A stretch of DNA of 64,000 bases from an uncultured Bacillota bacterium (lineage in GTDB: Bacteria; Sysuimicrobiota; Sysuimicrobiia; Sysuimicrobiales; Segetimicrobiaceae). The stretch covers positions 192,001-256,000 of the forward strand of contig CAWDRG010000017.1 of the NCBI GenBank assembly GCA_963804645.1, read 5' to 3'. The position numbers and the translations under genes are program-made. Under the pieces are notes generated by a model that was not told the DNA's origin, did not search any database, and saw only the letters and a list, made by a program, of their open reading frames with translations. Positions 38,535 through 48,278 of the stretch are shown piece after piece (position 1 is the first letter of the stretch; the number at the start of each line of letters is the position of its first letter).

Positions 38535-38969
38535 TTAGCGCCCCTTCGCGCCCGCCGAGGCGATCTCGTCGAGCGCCCGATTCGCGAGGGCATCGGCCGC
38601 GCGATTCTGCTCGCGCGGCACATGGACGACCGAGACCTCGTCGAACTCGCGCCGCCGCGCGAGCGCCATGCGGTGGAGCGGCAGCAGCTGGGGGCTGCGC
38701 ACCTTGTACTGCCCGGACAGCTGGCGCACGAGCAGCTCGCTGTCGCTCTGCACGCGCACGCGCCGCGCTCCGAGCGCCGCCGCTTCCTCGAGCGCCCGCA
38801 GGAACGCCCGGTACTCGGCCACGTTGTTCGTCGTCACCCCGATGGCCTCGGCGATCTCGCGGACCGGGTGGCCGTCCCGCGTCACCGCGACGCCGATCGC
38901 CGCCGGCCCGGGGTTGCCGCGGGACGCCCCGTCGATGGAGACCACGACCGGGCCGGATCCTGCCGTCAC
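38535..38969 (-). CDS. rnhA: Ribonuclease HI family protein
   Basis: DGASRGNPGPA, TNNVAEY, SDSELLVRQ, HVPREQN.AADALAN. Confidence 0.93.
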   Translation of the reverse strand: MTAGSGPVVVSIDGASRGNPGPAAIGVAVTRDGHPVREIAEAIGVTTNNVAEYRAFLRALEEAAALGARRVRVQSDSELLVRQLSGQYKVRSPQLLPLHRMALARRREFDEVSVVHVPREQNRAADALANRALDEIASAGAKGR

Positions 38970-39694
38970 GGCGTGCCGCCGACATAGATGATGCGGTGGC
39001 AGCGCTCGCACGTCACGACCTGTCCGCCGCGGATGCGCGACACGAAGTGGGCGGGCACCTCGTTGCCGCAGCCGCCGCAGAAGACCCCGAGCATCGCGAC
39101 CATGCCGATCCCGCCTTCCTGGGCGGCGATCCCCTCGTACTTGCGCAGGAGCCGCGGCTCCACGGCGACCGCCCGCTCGGCGCGCTCGGCTTCCAGGCGC
39201 TCCACCTCGGCGGTGAGGCGGTCGCGCGCCGCCTCGTACTGCGCGAGGTGCGCCCCGAGCTCGGCGTCCAATCCGGCGAGGACCGCCCGGGCGTCGGCGT
39301 CGCGCTGCTTGAGCCCCTCGACCTGGTCGAACAGCGCGAGGATCTGGTCCTCGAGATGGTCGCGCGTCTTCGCGAACACGACCAGCTCCTCTTCGAGATT
39401 CGCGAGCTCCTTGGGATTCGAGACCCGTCCGCCGTACAGATCGCCGTGGGCCTTCTTCTGCTTCCCTTCGATCGTCTGCAGCTGCAGCTCGTGATCGCGC
39501 TGCGCCGCCTGGGCCTGATGGAGCGCCGCGCCCACTTCGGCGGCGGCCGCGCGCGCCGCGTCGACCTGGGCGCGCAGCGCGCTCCCGTCATCGAGCGCCG
39601 CCAGCCGCGCCCGGGCGTCCAGCAGCCGGGCGTCGACCTGCTGCACCGCCCACAGCCCGTCGAGCGCGGCGCCGATGCTCGGCTCGATGCTCAC
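38966..39694 (-). CDS. Coiled-coil protein with C4 zinc ribbon (DUF164/zf-RING_7 family)
   Basis: Long coiled coil, LYGGRVSNPKEL, C-terminal CGGC...CERCHRII; the usual neighbour of RNase HI. Confidence 0.9.
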   Translation of the reverse strand: MSIEPSIGAALDGLWAVQQVDARLLDARARLAALDDGSALRAQVDAARAAAAEVGAALHQAQAAQRDHELQLQTIEGKQKKAHGDLYGGRVSNPKELANLEEELVVFAKTRDHLEDQILALFDQVEGLKQRDADARAVLAGLDAELGAHLAQYEAARDRLTAEVERLEAERAERAVAVEPRLLRKYEGIAAQEGGIGMVAMLGVFCGGCGNEVPAHFVSRIRGGQVVTCERCHRIIYVGGTP

Positions 39695-40924
39695 GGCAGC
39701 CTCATCTCGTACAGGCCGTGGCGCTGGTCGTCGGTTTCGGCGACGAACGCCACCCGCCCGCCGGCGTTCAGCGTGGGCGTACTGAACGCGGTAAACTGCC
39801 CGCCCCCAGGCGCGTGGTCACCCGCCTGCAGCAAGAGGCGCACGCCCGCGCGGTTCGCGAGATAGATCGCCACCGGGACGATCGGCAGGCTGAGTTGAAA
39901 CATCACATCCTCGCGGTCGTCGATCGCCGCGTCGGCAAACTTCGTCAGCGCGCCGCCCGCGGCGTCCTCCCCCGCGGCGGCGAGGGGCACAAGCGCCGCC
40001 CGGCCGGTGACGTACAGGGCCTCGGGCACTTTGCTGTCGCTCGTGCGGCCGATGAACCCCACCGTCCCGCTGTTGGTGAGCACGACCGAGCCGAACTCGG
40101 TGAACCGTCCGCCGAGCGGCGCCTCGTCCTGCGTGGTGACGATAGGGACCGGCTGACCGTCGACGAACACGTACACGCCCTGCGTGTGTCCCACGGTCGT
40201 CGACGCGACAAACGCCATCTGGCCGCGGTCGTTCAGCGCCGGAGAGCCGTCGAGGAAGAAATCGAAGGCGCCGCCGTCCGGCGACGCCTGGCCCGACATC
40301 AGGACGGCCGACGTGCGGCCGCCGCTCGACGTGAAGATGCCCTCCCGCCCGGCCAAGCGCCCGATGAACGCGATCACGCCCTGGTTGTTGACCGTGGGAT
40401 TCGCGAAGTCCGTGAAGACGCCGCCGGTCGACGTCGGCGCCGGCTGTCCGACCGCGACGATCGGCACCACGGTCCCGCCGCGAACGAGGTAAATCCCCTC
40501 GGGGGAGCCGCGCCCGACGTTCCGCGACATCCAGCCGACGATCCCATGATCGTTCAACAGCAGATCGCTGTAGGAGCCGAAGGTGCCGCCGGTGGGCGCG
40601 GCCTGCCCCGTCGAGACCAGCGGTGTCACCTTGCCGGTGGCCGCGGTCCGCAGGTAGAGCGTCTCACGGATGCGCGCTCCAGTCTGCACGACCGCGCCGA
40701 AGATGACGATCCCCGAGCCCGTTGTTGGTCGGATCGGAGAATTCGGTAATCGTCCCGCCGTCCGGGGCCTGCTGGCCGGTCCGCAGCAGCAGGCGAAAGC
40801 CGAGGGGCGGACCGGAGGCCGGGCGGGGCGCACCGGGGACGGCCGCCAAGACGGGCGCAACGCGGCCCGCCGCGAGCGCGGCGGCACACACACCGAACAG
40901 GAGGGAGCGACGCGTGCAGGTCAT
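39691..40924 (-). CDS. Tat-exported tandem-repeat (NxxGxxAF) beta-propeller-like protein with a frameshift at about 40711
   Basis: TRRSLL signal; repeats LNDHGIVGW, VNNQGVIAF, LNDRGQMAF, LTNSGTVGF, LNAGGRVAF, several following G..AP.GG.F; two frames join near a G4 run. Confidence 0.75.
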
Positions 40925-40933
40925 CTGCTTCCT

Positions 40934-40962
40934 ATCCTAATGCTCCACCGGGCGGTTGCCAA
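40934..40962 (-). promoter_or_regulatory. Sigma70-type promoter TTGGCA-N17-TAGGAT
   Basis: Exact 17-bp spacer; the -10 ends about 10 nt before the ATG at 40924, implying a very short leader. Confidence 0.55.
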
Positions 40963-41043
40963 GACCCGCGCGCAATATTGTGCGCGCGCGCGCAGGCGCC
41001 CGGACGCCCGGCGCGAATTCCTCCGTGGGAAAGGAGCGCGTCC

Positions 41044-41958
41044 ATGCCCCCTGCCGCGTCCCGCATCATCGACAGCCATCTTCATCTCGTCACCGCCTCG
41101 ATGTTCCACCGCATGCAGGCGCGCCCGATGGCGATCCGCCCGCAGGCGCTGGCGGCGCTTACCGGCCCCGGCAGCCGTCTCGCGAAGCGCGTCGAGGCCC
41201 TCGGGCGGATCTCGCTCCAGGACCAGGTCGCGAGCTGGAAGGCGGCGTTCGACCGCGCCGGCGTGGACACCGGCTTCTTCATCGCGGTCGGCGAAGGCAA
41301 CGAGGAGTTGGCAGAGTTCGTCCGGTCCGCGCCCGAGCGGTTCCAGGGGTGGGGCAGCGTGGTCGATCCGACCGCCGCGGATGCCGCGGCGACCGTCCGC
41401 CGGTTCGGCGCGTGGGGGCTCCGCGGCCTCAAGCTCTACCCCCCGACGCAGCGGTTCAGTGCGAGCGACCGCGCGGTGTACCCCGTCTACGAGGCCGCGG
41501 CGGAGCTGGGCCTCGCGGTGCTGTTCCACTTCGGGATCACGATCGCGCCGATCTATGATCTCTTGTATGCCAATCCGCTGCACCTGTCGGCGGCGGCTCG
41601 GGATTTCCCCGAGATCACGTTCGGGATCGCCCACTGCGGCGCCGGATTTCTGCGCGAAGCGCTCTTCCTCGCGTATCACACCGAGAACATCTGGGTGGAT
41701 ACCTCCGGGACCAACAACTGGCGCGAGTTCACGCCGGGTGCCCCGTCGCTCGACGAGGTGTTCCGGGATCTGCTGCGCACGTACGGCCCCCGCCGCATCC
41801 TGTTCGGGACCGACTCCACCATGCCGGCCGAGTACCGCACGGCGATCCTGCAGGACCAGCAGGACACGTTCGGACGGCTCGGTCTCTCGGACGAAGATCG
41901 GGCGCTGATCTTCGAGGAGAACGCGCGCCGGCTGTTCCGCCTCGGCGGCCCGGCGTAG
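41044..41958 (+). CDS. Amidohydrolase family protein (amidohydro_2)
   Basis: IDSHLH, GLKLYP, LFHFG, IAHCG, LFGTD, ENARRL; RBS AAGGAG. Confidence 0.92.
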   Translation: MPPAASRIIDSHLHLVTASMFHRMQARPMAIRPQALAALTGPGSRLAKRVEALGRISLQDQVASWKAAFDRAGVDTGFFIAVGEGNEELAEFVRSAPERFQGWGSVVDPTAADAAATVRRFGAWGLRGLKLYPPTQRFSASDRAVYPVYEAAAELGLAVLFHFGITIAPIYDLLYANPLHLSAAARDFPEITFGIAHCGAGFLREALFLAYHTENIWVDTSGTNNWREFTPGAPSLDEVFRDLLRTYGPRRILFGTDSTMPAEYRTAILQDQQDTFGRLGLSDEDRALIFEENARRLFRLGGPA

Positions 41959-42006
41959 GCGGTCGCGCCGCCCAGGGCTGACAGCGCCGGGGACGACGAG
42001 CGTGCG

Positions 42007-42735
42007 ATGACGCAGAACATCTACGACGACGACGAGTTTTTTGCCCAATACGGCCAGCTGATGCGCTCCCGCCAGGGCTTGGACGGCGCGCCGGAGTGGC
42101 CATCGCTGCGCGCCTTGGTGGGGGACGTGCGCGGGCTCCACGTCCTGGATCTCGGGTGCGGGTACGGCTGGTTCTGTCGGTGGGCGCGCGAGCAGGGTGC
42201 CGCGCACGTCGTCGGTATCGATGTCTCCGCGAAAATGCTGGCGCGGGCCAGCGCCGCGACCGACGACCCCGCGATTACGTACACGCGGGCCGACCTCGAG
42301 CACCTGACCTTGTCCGCGGCGTCATTTCACCTGGTGTATAGCTCGCTCGCCCTGCACTACGTCGAGCATCTCGCCGAATTGATGGCGCAGGTGCACCGGT
42401 CGCTCGTCCCCGGCGGGCGCGTGGTCTTCTCGGTGGAGCACCCCATCTTCATGACACGGTCCGAGCCGAACTGGGTCGTCAATGCGGCCGGCAGCAAGAC
42501 GTGGCCGGTCGACCGGTATCTCGAGGAAGGCCCCCGCGCCGCGGAGTGGCTTGGCGCGCCGGTCGTCAAGCATCACCGCACCATCGGGACCTATCTCACC
42601 ACGCTGCTCCATGCGGGGTTTGCCCTCACCCACGTGGAGGAATGGGGCCCCACCGACGAGCAGATCGCGGCGCGGCCGGCCCTCGCGGACGACCGGCGGC
42701 GCCCGGAGTTCCTCCTGGTGGCGGCGCGACGGTAG
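42007..42735 (+). CDS. Class I SAM-dependent methyltransferase
   Basis: MTQNIYDD..FF, VLDLGCGYG, GIDVS, SSLALHY, FSVEHP. Confidence 0.95.
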   Translation: MTQNIYDDDEFFAQYGQLMRSRQGLDGAPEWPSLRALVGDVRGLHVLDLGCGYGWFCRWAREQGAAHVVGIDVSAKMLARASAATDDPAITYTRADLEHLTLSAASFHLVYSSLALHYVEHLAELMAQVHRSLVPGGRVVFSVEHPIFMTRSEPNWVVNAAGSKTWPVDRYLEEGPRAAEWLGAPVVKHHRTIGTYLTTLLHAGFALTHVEEWGPTDEQIAARPALADDRRRPEFLLVAARR

Positions 42736-42823
42736 CCTCGCGCGAACCGAACCCGATGCGGGGAGACGCGGGCCCATGCGCGCTCCGTCGGATGCCGGAG
42801 CCCCTCGTCGAGGAAGACTCGCC

Positions 42824-44242
42824 GTGACGGCCTCGCCCCTCGCCGCTGCTCCCGGGGCGGCCGTCCCGGAGAAGCGCTCGGTGGCGCTCAGTTCGCTACT
42901 CGCGGCCGCGCTCCTGACCGGCCTCAAGATCGCGGTCGGCATCGCCACCGGCAGCCTGGGCATCCTGTCCGAGGCGGCGCATTCGGGACTCGACCTCGTG
43001 GCGGCGGTGATCACGTATGTCTCGGTCCGCGTCTCCGACAAGCCGGCCGATCGGGCGCACCCGTTCGGACACGGCAAGGTGGAGAACCTCTCGGCGTTCA
43101 TCCAGACCGCGCTGCTGTTCGTGACGAGCGCGTGGATCGTCTACGAGGCGGTCCGCCGCTTGGTGGTCCGCGACGTGCAGGTCGCACCGTCCGTCTGGGC
43201 GTTTGCGGTCCTGTTCGTATCCGTGACGGTCGACAGCCTGCGGTCCCGCGCGCTGTTTCGCGCGGCGAGGAAGTACGACAGCCAGGCCCTCGAGGCGGAC
43301 GCGCTGCACTTTTCCACCGACATCTACAGCACCAGCGTCGTGATTCTGGGGTTGGGCTGCATCTACGCGGCCCGGCAAAGCGGATTGACGTGGCTCCAGA
43401 ACGCGGATCCGGCGGCGGCCCTGGTCGTCGCGGGGTTCAGCCTGTACGTCGGTCTGCGCCTGGGCAATCGGACCTTGGGGGCGCTGCTTGACGCGGCGCC
43501 CGAGGGCGTGACCGAGGGCATCACCGAGGCGGTGGCGCGCGTCCCCGGCGTGCTGCAGCAGGACCGGATCCGCGTGCGGCGCAGCGGCAACAAGCTGTTC
43601 GTCGAACTCCGGCTGGTCCTCGAGAGCAACATCGCCTTGGAGCACGCGCAGTCGGTGGTGCACGCCGTCGGAACCGCCGTGCGCGCGCGCTATCCGAACG
43701 CGGACGTCGTCGTCGACGCCACGCCCCGCGCCCCGTCGTCCAGCGATCTGGTCGAACGGATGCGCTCCGTCGCGCACACCGGCAACTTCCAGATCCACAA
43801 CGTGACGGCGTATCGGGTCGGCGGGCGGGTCAGCGCCAGCCTGGACTTGGAGATGGACCCCGCGCTGTCGCTGGCGGCGGCCCACGAACAGGCCACGCGG
43901 CTGGAACGCACCATCTTGCAGGACGTGCCCGAAGTCCACGACGTGAACGTCCACATCGAACCCCTCGAGACACGGGTGGCGAGCGCGACGGAGGCGCCGC
44001 GGGCGCAGACCGCGGTGGAACGGACGCTGCGGAAGATCGTCCGCACGACGCCGGGCGTCCTCGACTGCCACGCCGTCGAGGTCCGTCAGGTGGACGACCA
44101 CATGGCGGTGGCCGTGCACTGTCTCGTGCAGTCCGGGCTCTCCGTCGCGCAGGTCCACGAGCTGACCGAGCGGCTCGAACTACAGATGCGCGAACGGTTC
44201 CCCGAGATTCACACGATCAACATTCATCCCGAACCGCAGTAA
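42824..44242 (+). CDS. Cation diffusion facilitator (FieF-like) with three C-terminal ZT_dimer-like domains
   Basis: EAAHSGLD, HPFGHGKVE, ADALHFSTD; three C-terminal repeats ending in VVDATP, VHIEP and IHPEP. Alternative ATG at 42777. Confidence 0.93.
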   Translation: MTASPLAAAPGAAVPEKRSVALSSLLAAALLTGLKIAVGIATGSLGILSEAAHSGLDLVAAVITYVSVRVSDKPADRAHPFGHGKVENLSAFIQTALLFVTSAWIVYEAVRRLVVRDVQVAPSVWAFAVLFVSVTVDSLRSRALFRAARKYDSQALEADALHFSTDIYSTSVVILGLGCIYAARQSGLTWLQNADPAAALVVAGFSLYVGLRLGNRTLGALLDAAPEGVTEGITEAVARVPGVLQQDRIRVRRSGNKLFVELRLVLESNIALEHAQSVVHAVGTAVRARYPNADVVVDATPRAPSSSDLVERMRSVAHTGNFQIHNVTAYRVGGRVSASLDLEMDPALSLAAAHEQATRLERTILQDVPEVHDVNVHIEPLETRVASATEAPRAQTAVERTLRKIVRTTPGVLDCHAVEVRQVDDHMAVAVHCLVQSGLSVAQVHELTERLELQMRERFPEIHTINIHPEPQ

Positions 44243-44259
44243 CCGGGCGCCCCGTCCCG

Positions 44260-45255
44260 CTACCGTCCCACGAGCTTCGGCTCGCCCCAGCACGCGGTCG
44301 CGCCGGCGCTCCCGCCGCCGGGCATCCCGTGCGTCTCGACCTCCAGCGTCAGGGCGCGCGCCCGCTTGAGCGGCACGCGCAGCGCCACGGCGGGATCTCC
44401 GGCCCGGAACGTGTGCCCGGGGTAGACGAGCGTTCCGTCGGCGTACACCCGGAACGTCGCCGCGACGGTAGGCGCGGTCCCGTCCGGGACGCCGATCACC
44501 GCGTCGAACTCGTCGTACTGCGCGTCGAGGTCGTACACCACCTGCACGCGCCCCTCGGTGGGAAACACGAGCAGGCCCCCGCCGAGGAGCCGGCCCGCGA
44601 TCGCCACCGCCTTCGTGACGTAGCTGAACCGGTATCCATCCGGCACCAGGGAGGCCACGCGCGCGTCCCCGAGCGGGGTCACGGCGCGTTCGGCCGGAGG
44701 CACCTTGGCGCTCAGCGGGACGGCCGCGGCCCCGTCACCCAGCATCCGCGCGACCGCGTCGTCGACGGGCACCGTCGTCTGGGCCGCCCCGACGATGTCC
44801 GCGGTCGCGGTGCTCAGCACCTTGGCGGTGATGCGCACGGAGTCCCCGAGGTTGACGGTGGTCCCCGTCACCAGCACGTCCGCGCCGGCCAGCTGGCCGA
44901 GCTTCTGTACGGCCCCGGGCTGCGTGACGCCGACGACCATCAGCTTCTGCTCCTCGATGATCTTCGAGAGGTCCTGGCGGTCCAGCACGCGCAGGTCGCC
45001 GCCCGAGAGGACGAGCGCCGTGGAGAGCTCCTCGGCCACGAACCGTCCGAGATCGTTGACGCGGCCGTCCAGCGACCCAAAATCGACGACGGCCAGCCGC
45101 TTCCGGCCCAGCTTCTGCACCTGAGGCACGATCTGCGCCGCGAGCTCCTGAATCCCGGCGTCGAGGCTGTCGGCCGCGCGCGCCATCGGAGACGGCAGCA
45201 CCAACAGCAGGACGATCGCCGTGGTGCCCGCGACCCGCAGCACCCGACCTCTCAT
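44260..45255 (-). CDS. Exported FlgO/CsgG-like domain protein with a C-terminal NPCBM/NEW2-like domain
   Basis: Signal peptide; LAVVDF..LDG...LGRFVAEEL...VLDR..L..II.EQ...LGQLAGADVLVTGT (CsgG/FlgO pattern); YDL..QYDEFDAVIGV.D...F.VYADG...WGEPKL (NPCBM-like). Confidence 0.75.
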   Translation of the reverse strand: MRGRVLRVAGTTAIVLLLVLPSPMARAADSLDAGIQELAAQIVPQVQKLGRKRLAVVDFGSLDGRVNDLGRFVAEELSTALVLSGGDLRVLDRQDLSKIIEEQKLMVVGVTQPGAVQKLGQLAGADVLVTGTTVNLGDSVRITAKVLSTATADIVGAAQTTVPVDDAVARMLGDGAAAVPLSAKVPPAERAVTPLGDARVASLVPDGYRFSYVTKAVAIAGRLLGGGLLVFPTEGRVQVVYDLDAQYDEFDAVIGVPDGTAPTVAATFRVYADGTLVYPGHTFRAGDPAVALRVPLKRARALTLEVETHGMPGGGSAGATACWGEPKLVGR

Positions 45256-45354
45256 ACCTCACCTCCGAACGGCGGATGTCCCGCCGTCTCGGCGCTCCGC
45301 CCGGTCACGCGCATGCCGACCGGCCGGTCGCCCTCAGCTCACGGCTCGTGCGCA

Positions 45355-46505
45355 TCAGCGCGGCGCGAGCGACTCCAGCACCACCCGGTTCGCCTGGGCC
45401 GCCACCACCCGCAGCCCGAGCGCGGTCAGGCGCGGCAGCAGCGCCTGCGGGGGAAACTCGACCGCACGTCGATGACGCCGATCCCGGCCTGATACGCCCG
45501 GACGAACGCCTGTCCCGCGACCTCGCGCAGCGCGCGGACCTGCGCGAGCACTTTGACGAAATGCGCGTAGTCCGGCGCGAACACGATCACCTGCGTGTCG
45601 CGCGATCCGTCGACGAGCGGCGAGTACGCCCGCGCGACCGTCCACACGAGGCCGTCGCCGGCCTGATCGGCGGCGTCCTGGCTCGCCTGCCGCAGCGCCG
45701 CGGGAGCGGTCAGGTGCAGCGCCCGCCCCGCCTGGGTGCCCGCGTACAGCGTCTGGCCGGTCGCCCCCACGGTGACCCGCAGCCGAAGCGTCGCCTCGGC
45801 CGACTGGAGGGACTGGTCGCCGATCTGCACCATGCCCAAGGAGTCCGCGTCGACGGTGCCGGCCACGAGGATGTCCGCGGTCGCGGCGAGCGCGGTGAGC
45901 AGGCTCAAGCGTCGGTCGTCCTGCGTCGCCAGGCGCGCGACCGTGCCGGACGGCACCGGCCCCGGCTGGACGACATGATAGCCGGCCGCCGCAAACCGCC
46001 CGGCGAGCTCGGTCTCCGCCGCCGCCGCATACGCGGCCGGGCCGTCGACCGCCACCGTCACGGTGGGATGATCCATCAGCCCGATCAGGACCGCGAGGGC
46101 CTCCTGATCGCCCGTGAAGTCACCGTCCACGACGACCGCCCGGATCTGCACCCGGTACAGGCGGCCGTCGCGGTGCTCGTTCACGACCGTCAAGGATTGG
46201 ATGTAGCCCGACGCGTTCGCCGTGATCTCGTCGATCAGCACCTGAAAGTTCTCGACGGTGGTGTGCGAGCGCACGGAAACGCCCGCCGCTTCCAGCGCCA
46301 GGCGGTAGGCGTCCACCACCGCCTCGTCCCGCGCCTGGGCGAGATCGCCCCCGACGATCGCCCCGACGCCCTCCACCGTCACGGTCTTGCCCGAGTCGGC
46401 GGAGCCGGAGTCGTCGGCGGACTGGCCGTAGCCCGCGCCGACCGCCGAGCCGAGCAGCAGCACCGCCGCGGCCGCGATCGAGAGTGCACGCATCCCCGCG
46501 CGCAT
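45355..46505 (-). CDS. Exported protein with a FlgT N-terminal-like domain and a frameshift near the 3' end (about 45451)
   Basis: Signal peptide; VTVEGVGAI.GGD..QARDEA..DA.R.ALE.AGV.V.S.T.VEN....D.I...ASGYI. One missing base in the G5 run at 45449-45453 shifts the last ~30 codons. Confidence 0.7.
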
Positions 46506-46516
46506 CCCAACCACCG

Positions 46517-47446
46517 CTACCGATTCACGACGATATCGACGTGCAGCTGATCGAGAAAGTGCCCCTGCGCGTTCGCCGCCTGGATCTTGGCCGCGTCCTC
46601 GTCGCTGATGATCACGTCGGTCTTGAAGTTCGACTCGGGCGGCCCGCTCACGCCCACGGCGTGGACGATCAGCGGATTCGACCCCGCGCGGCTGTCCGGA
46701 CCGCCGGCCGTCGCGGCGTATCCGACGATGCCGTAGTCGTCGGCCAGTTCTTGGCTGATCTGCCCGGGCTTCCACCAGCCGCGGCCGTACACCACCTGGC
46801 CCTCCGGCGTCAGCACCGCGGGGCTCATCGACCGATCCAGGTGGACCCCGTCCACCACCACGATCAGGCCGGTAAACGCGCCCGGCGCGGCCGGCGGCGA
46901 GACGGGCCGCGAGTAAAACCCGGGCCGCTGCGGCACGGTCGGGGTGATGCGCGGCGGTACGGGCACGGGCACCGCGGGCGGCGCCGGGGCCACGTAGGGG
47001 ATCACGGTCTGCCCGAGGCCGTTCGGCCCGTAGAGGGGCATCTGGACGGTGACCGCGTAGCGGCCGTCCGCGTACTGCTGCTCATCGAGAATCGTCGCGT
47101 CGCGGACGACCCCTTCGACCTGCGTCTCGATCGTGTCCCACTTCACGCCGGCCTGCTCCACCGACGTCTTCGATCGCACGGTCACGTCGAGCGACGCTTC
47201 GAGCAGAGCCCGGTACGCGTCGACGATGGCCGCGCGCCGCGCCATGAGCGCCGCCTGCGCGTCGGAGGTGGCGCCGGCCGGCGGCGCGCCGAACCCCTGC
47301 GCCTTGATCACGCTCGCCTGCCAGTTCGTCCAGGCGTTGGGTCCAAACTGCTCCACGACCGGGGACGGCTGAGCCGTCACCCCTGATGCCCCCATGGCGA
47401 GCACCACGACACCGAGCACCACCGCGCGAGCCGTCTTCCACATCAT
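46517..47446 (-). CDS. Exported LPP20/FlgP-like family protein
   Basis: Signal peptide; NW....I.A.G.GAPP...A.LMARRAAIVDAYR.LLE...V.G.VR.A; FTGLIV.....L..SMSP.V. Confidence 0.7.
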   Translation of the reverse strand: MMWKTARAVVLGVVVLAMGASGVTAQPSPVVEQFGPNAWTNWQASVIKAQGFGAPPAGATSDAQAALMARRAAIVDAYRALLEASLDVTVRSKTSVEQAGVKWDTIETQVEGVVRDATILDEQQYADGRYAVTVQMPLYGPNGLGQTVIPYVAPAPPAVPVPVPPRITPTVPQRPGFYSRPVSPPAAPGAFTGLIVVVDGVHLDRSMSPAVLTPEGQVVYGRGWWKPGQISQELADDYGIVGYAATAGGPDSRAGSNPLIVHAVGVSGPPESNFKTDVIISDEDAAKIQAANAQGHFLDQLHVDIVVNR

Positions 47447-47513
47447 GCCGTTCCACCCCCTAGTGCGCTTGCGGATCCACACGTCGTGTGGCCGTCGTAC
47501 GCGCCGTACATCC

Positions 47514-48137
47514 TCAGTAGCACCACTGGCTCCACGTGCGGTCGCGGCACCTGCGGTACGGACCATACGTGAGCATCGGGCGAGTCGGCCCGAGGTAGGG
47601 CCGATACGAAGGCTGGTAGTACATGCGCCGGTACTGCCCGTAGTACGGATAGCGGTAGAACGCTCCGTCCGGCCCTTGGACGAGGAGATACGGGAGGCCG
47701 CCGACCATGATCGTTCCCAACACGGTGCCGGCCATCGCCGGCGCCGGACCGGACCCCTGGGGCGGGGCCGGCGTGTACGGGGCCGGCGTGTACGGCACGG
47801 GCTGGGGGGCGGCGGGCGGGGTGTGCACGGTCAGGTGGGCGATCATGAACTGGCCGCTCACCGGCACGAGCGCGACGGTGGCCGGCGCGCCGATGTACGG
47901 CTGCAGCGAACAGAGCGGCTGCGGCTGGTCGTCGACGTCGATCACGGTCGCGAGCGTCGACTGCAGCACGGTCGTGCCGGCGCCGCTCTTGAGGGTCATT
48001 TGCTGGGCCGCACAGTCGACCCCCTGAATGGTGCCGTCGATCTGCAGGCGCGCGGCGGGCTGCGCCGCTCCGGACGAGGCGACACCGAGGAGTGTGAGCA
48101 GGACGATCAGGAGCGTCGACCACGAACGCATACGCAT
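47514..48137 (-). CDS. Exported hypothetical protein
   Basis: Signal peptide (MRSWSTLLIVLLTLLGVASSGAA), small beta-rich domain with two Cys, Pro-rich linker (PYTPAPYTPAP), Tyr-rich C-terminus. Confidence 0.7.
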   Translation of the reverse strand: MRMRSWSTLLIVLLTLLGVASSGAAQPAARLQIDGTIQGVDCAAQQMTLKSGAGTTVLQSTLATVIDVDDQPQPLCSLQPYIGAPATVALVPVSGQFMIAHLTVHTPPAAPQPVPYTPAPYTPAPPQGSGPAPAMAGTVLGTIMVGGLPYLLVQGPDGAFYRYPYYGQYRRMYYQPSYRPYLGPTRPMLTYGPYRRCRDRTWSQWCY

Positions 48138-48262
48138 CCCCCCGGTGCGTGGTACGGTCTGAGCGTGCTTCTGCGGTACCGTGCGTTGACGCTGATAGCG
48201 CGCGGTGGACGGGAAAAGTTCCCGGACGTCGGCGGCGCCCGTCGCTCGACCCGGCCGCACGC

Positions 48263-48268
48263 TATAAT
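48263..48268 (+). promoter_or_regulatory. Consensus -10 box TATAAT; near-leaderless promoter of the DUF47-wHTH gene
   Basis: TATAAT lies 10 nt before the ATG at 48279, with no SD sequence between them. Confidence 0.6.
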
Positions 48269-48278
48269 AAGAAGTGTC

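Noticed and set aside
47394..48278. Extra N-terminal domain on the DUF47-wHTH fusion
   Set aside because: It is antisense to the exported protein gene at 47514-48137; TATAAT at 48263 and the domain boundary support a start at 48279.
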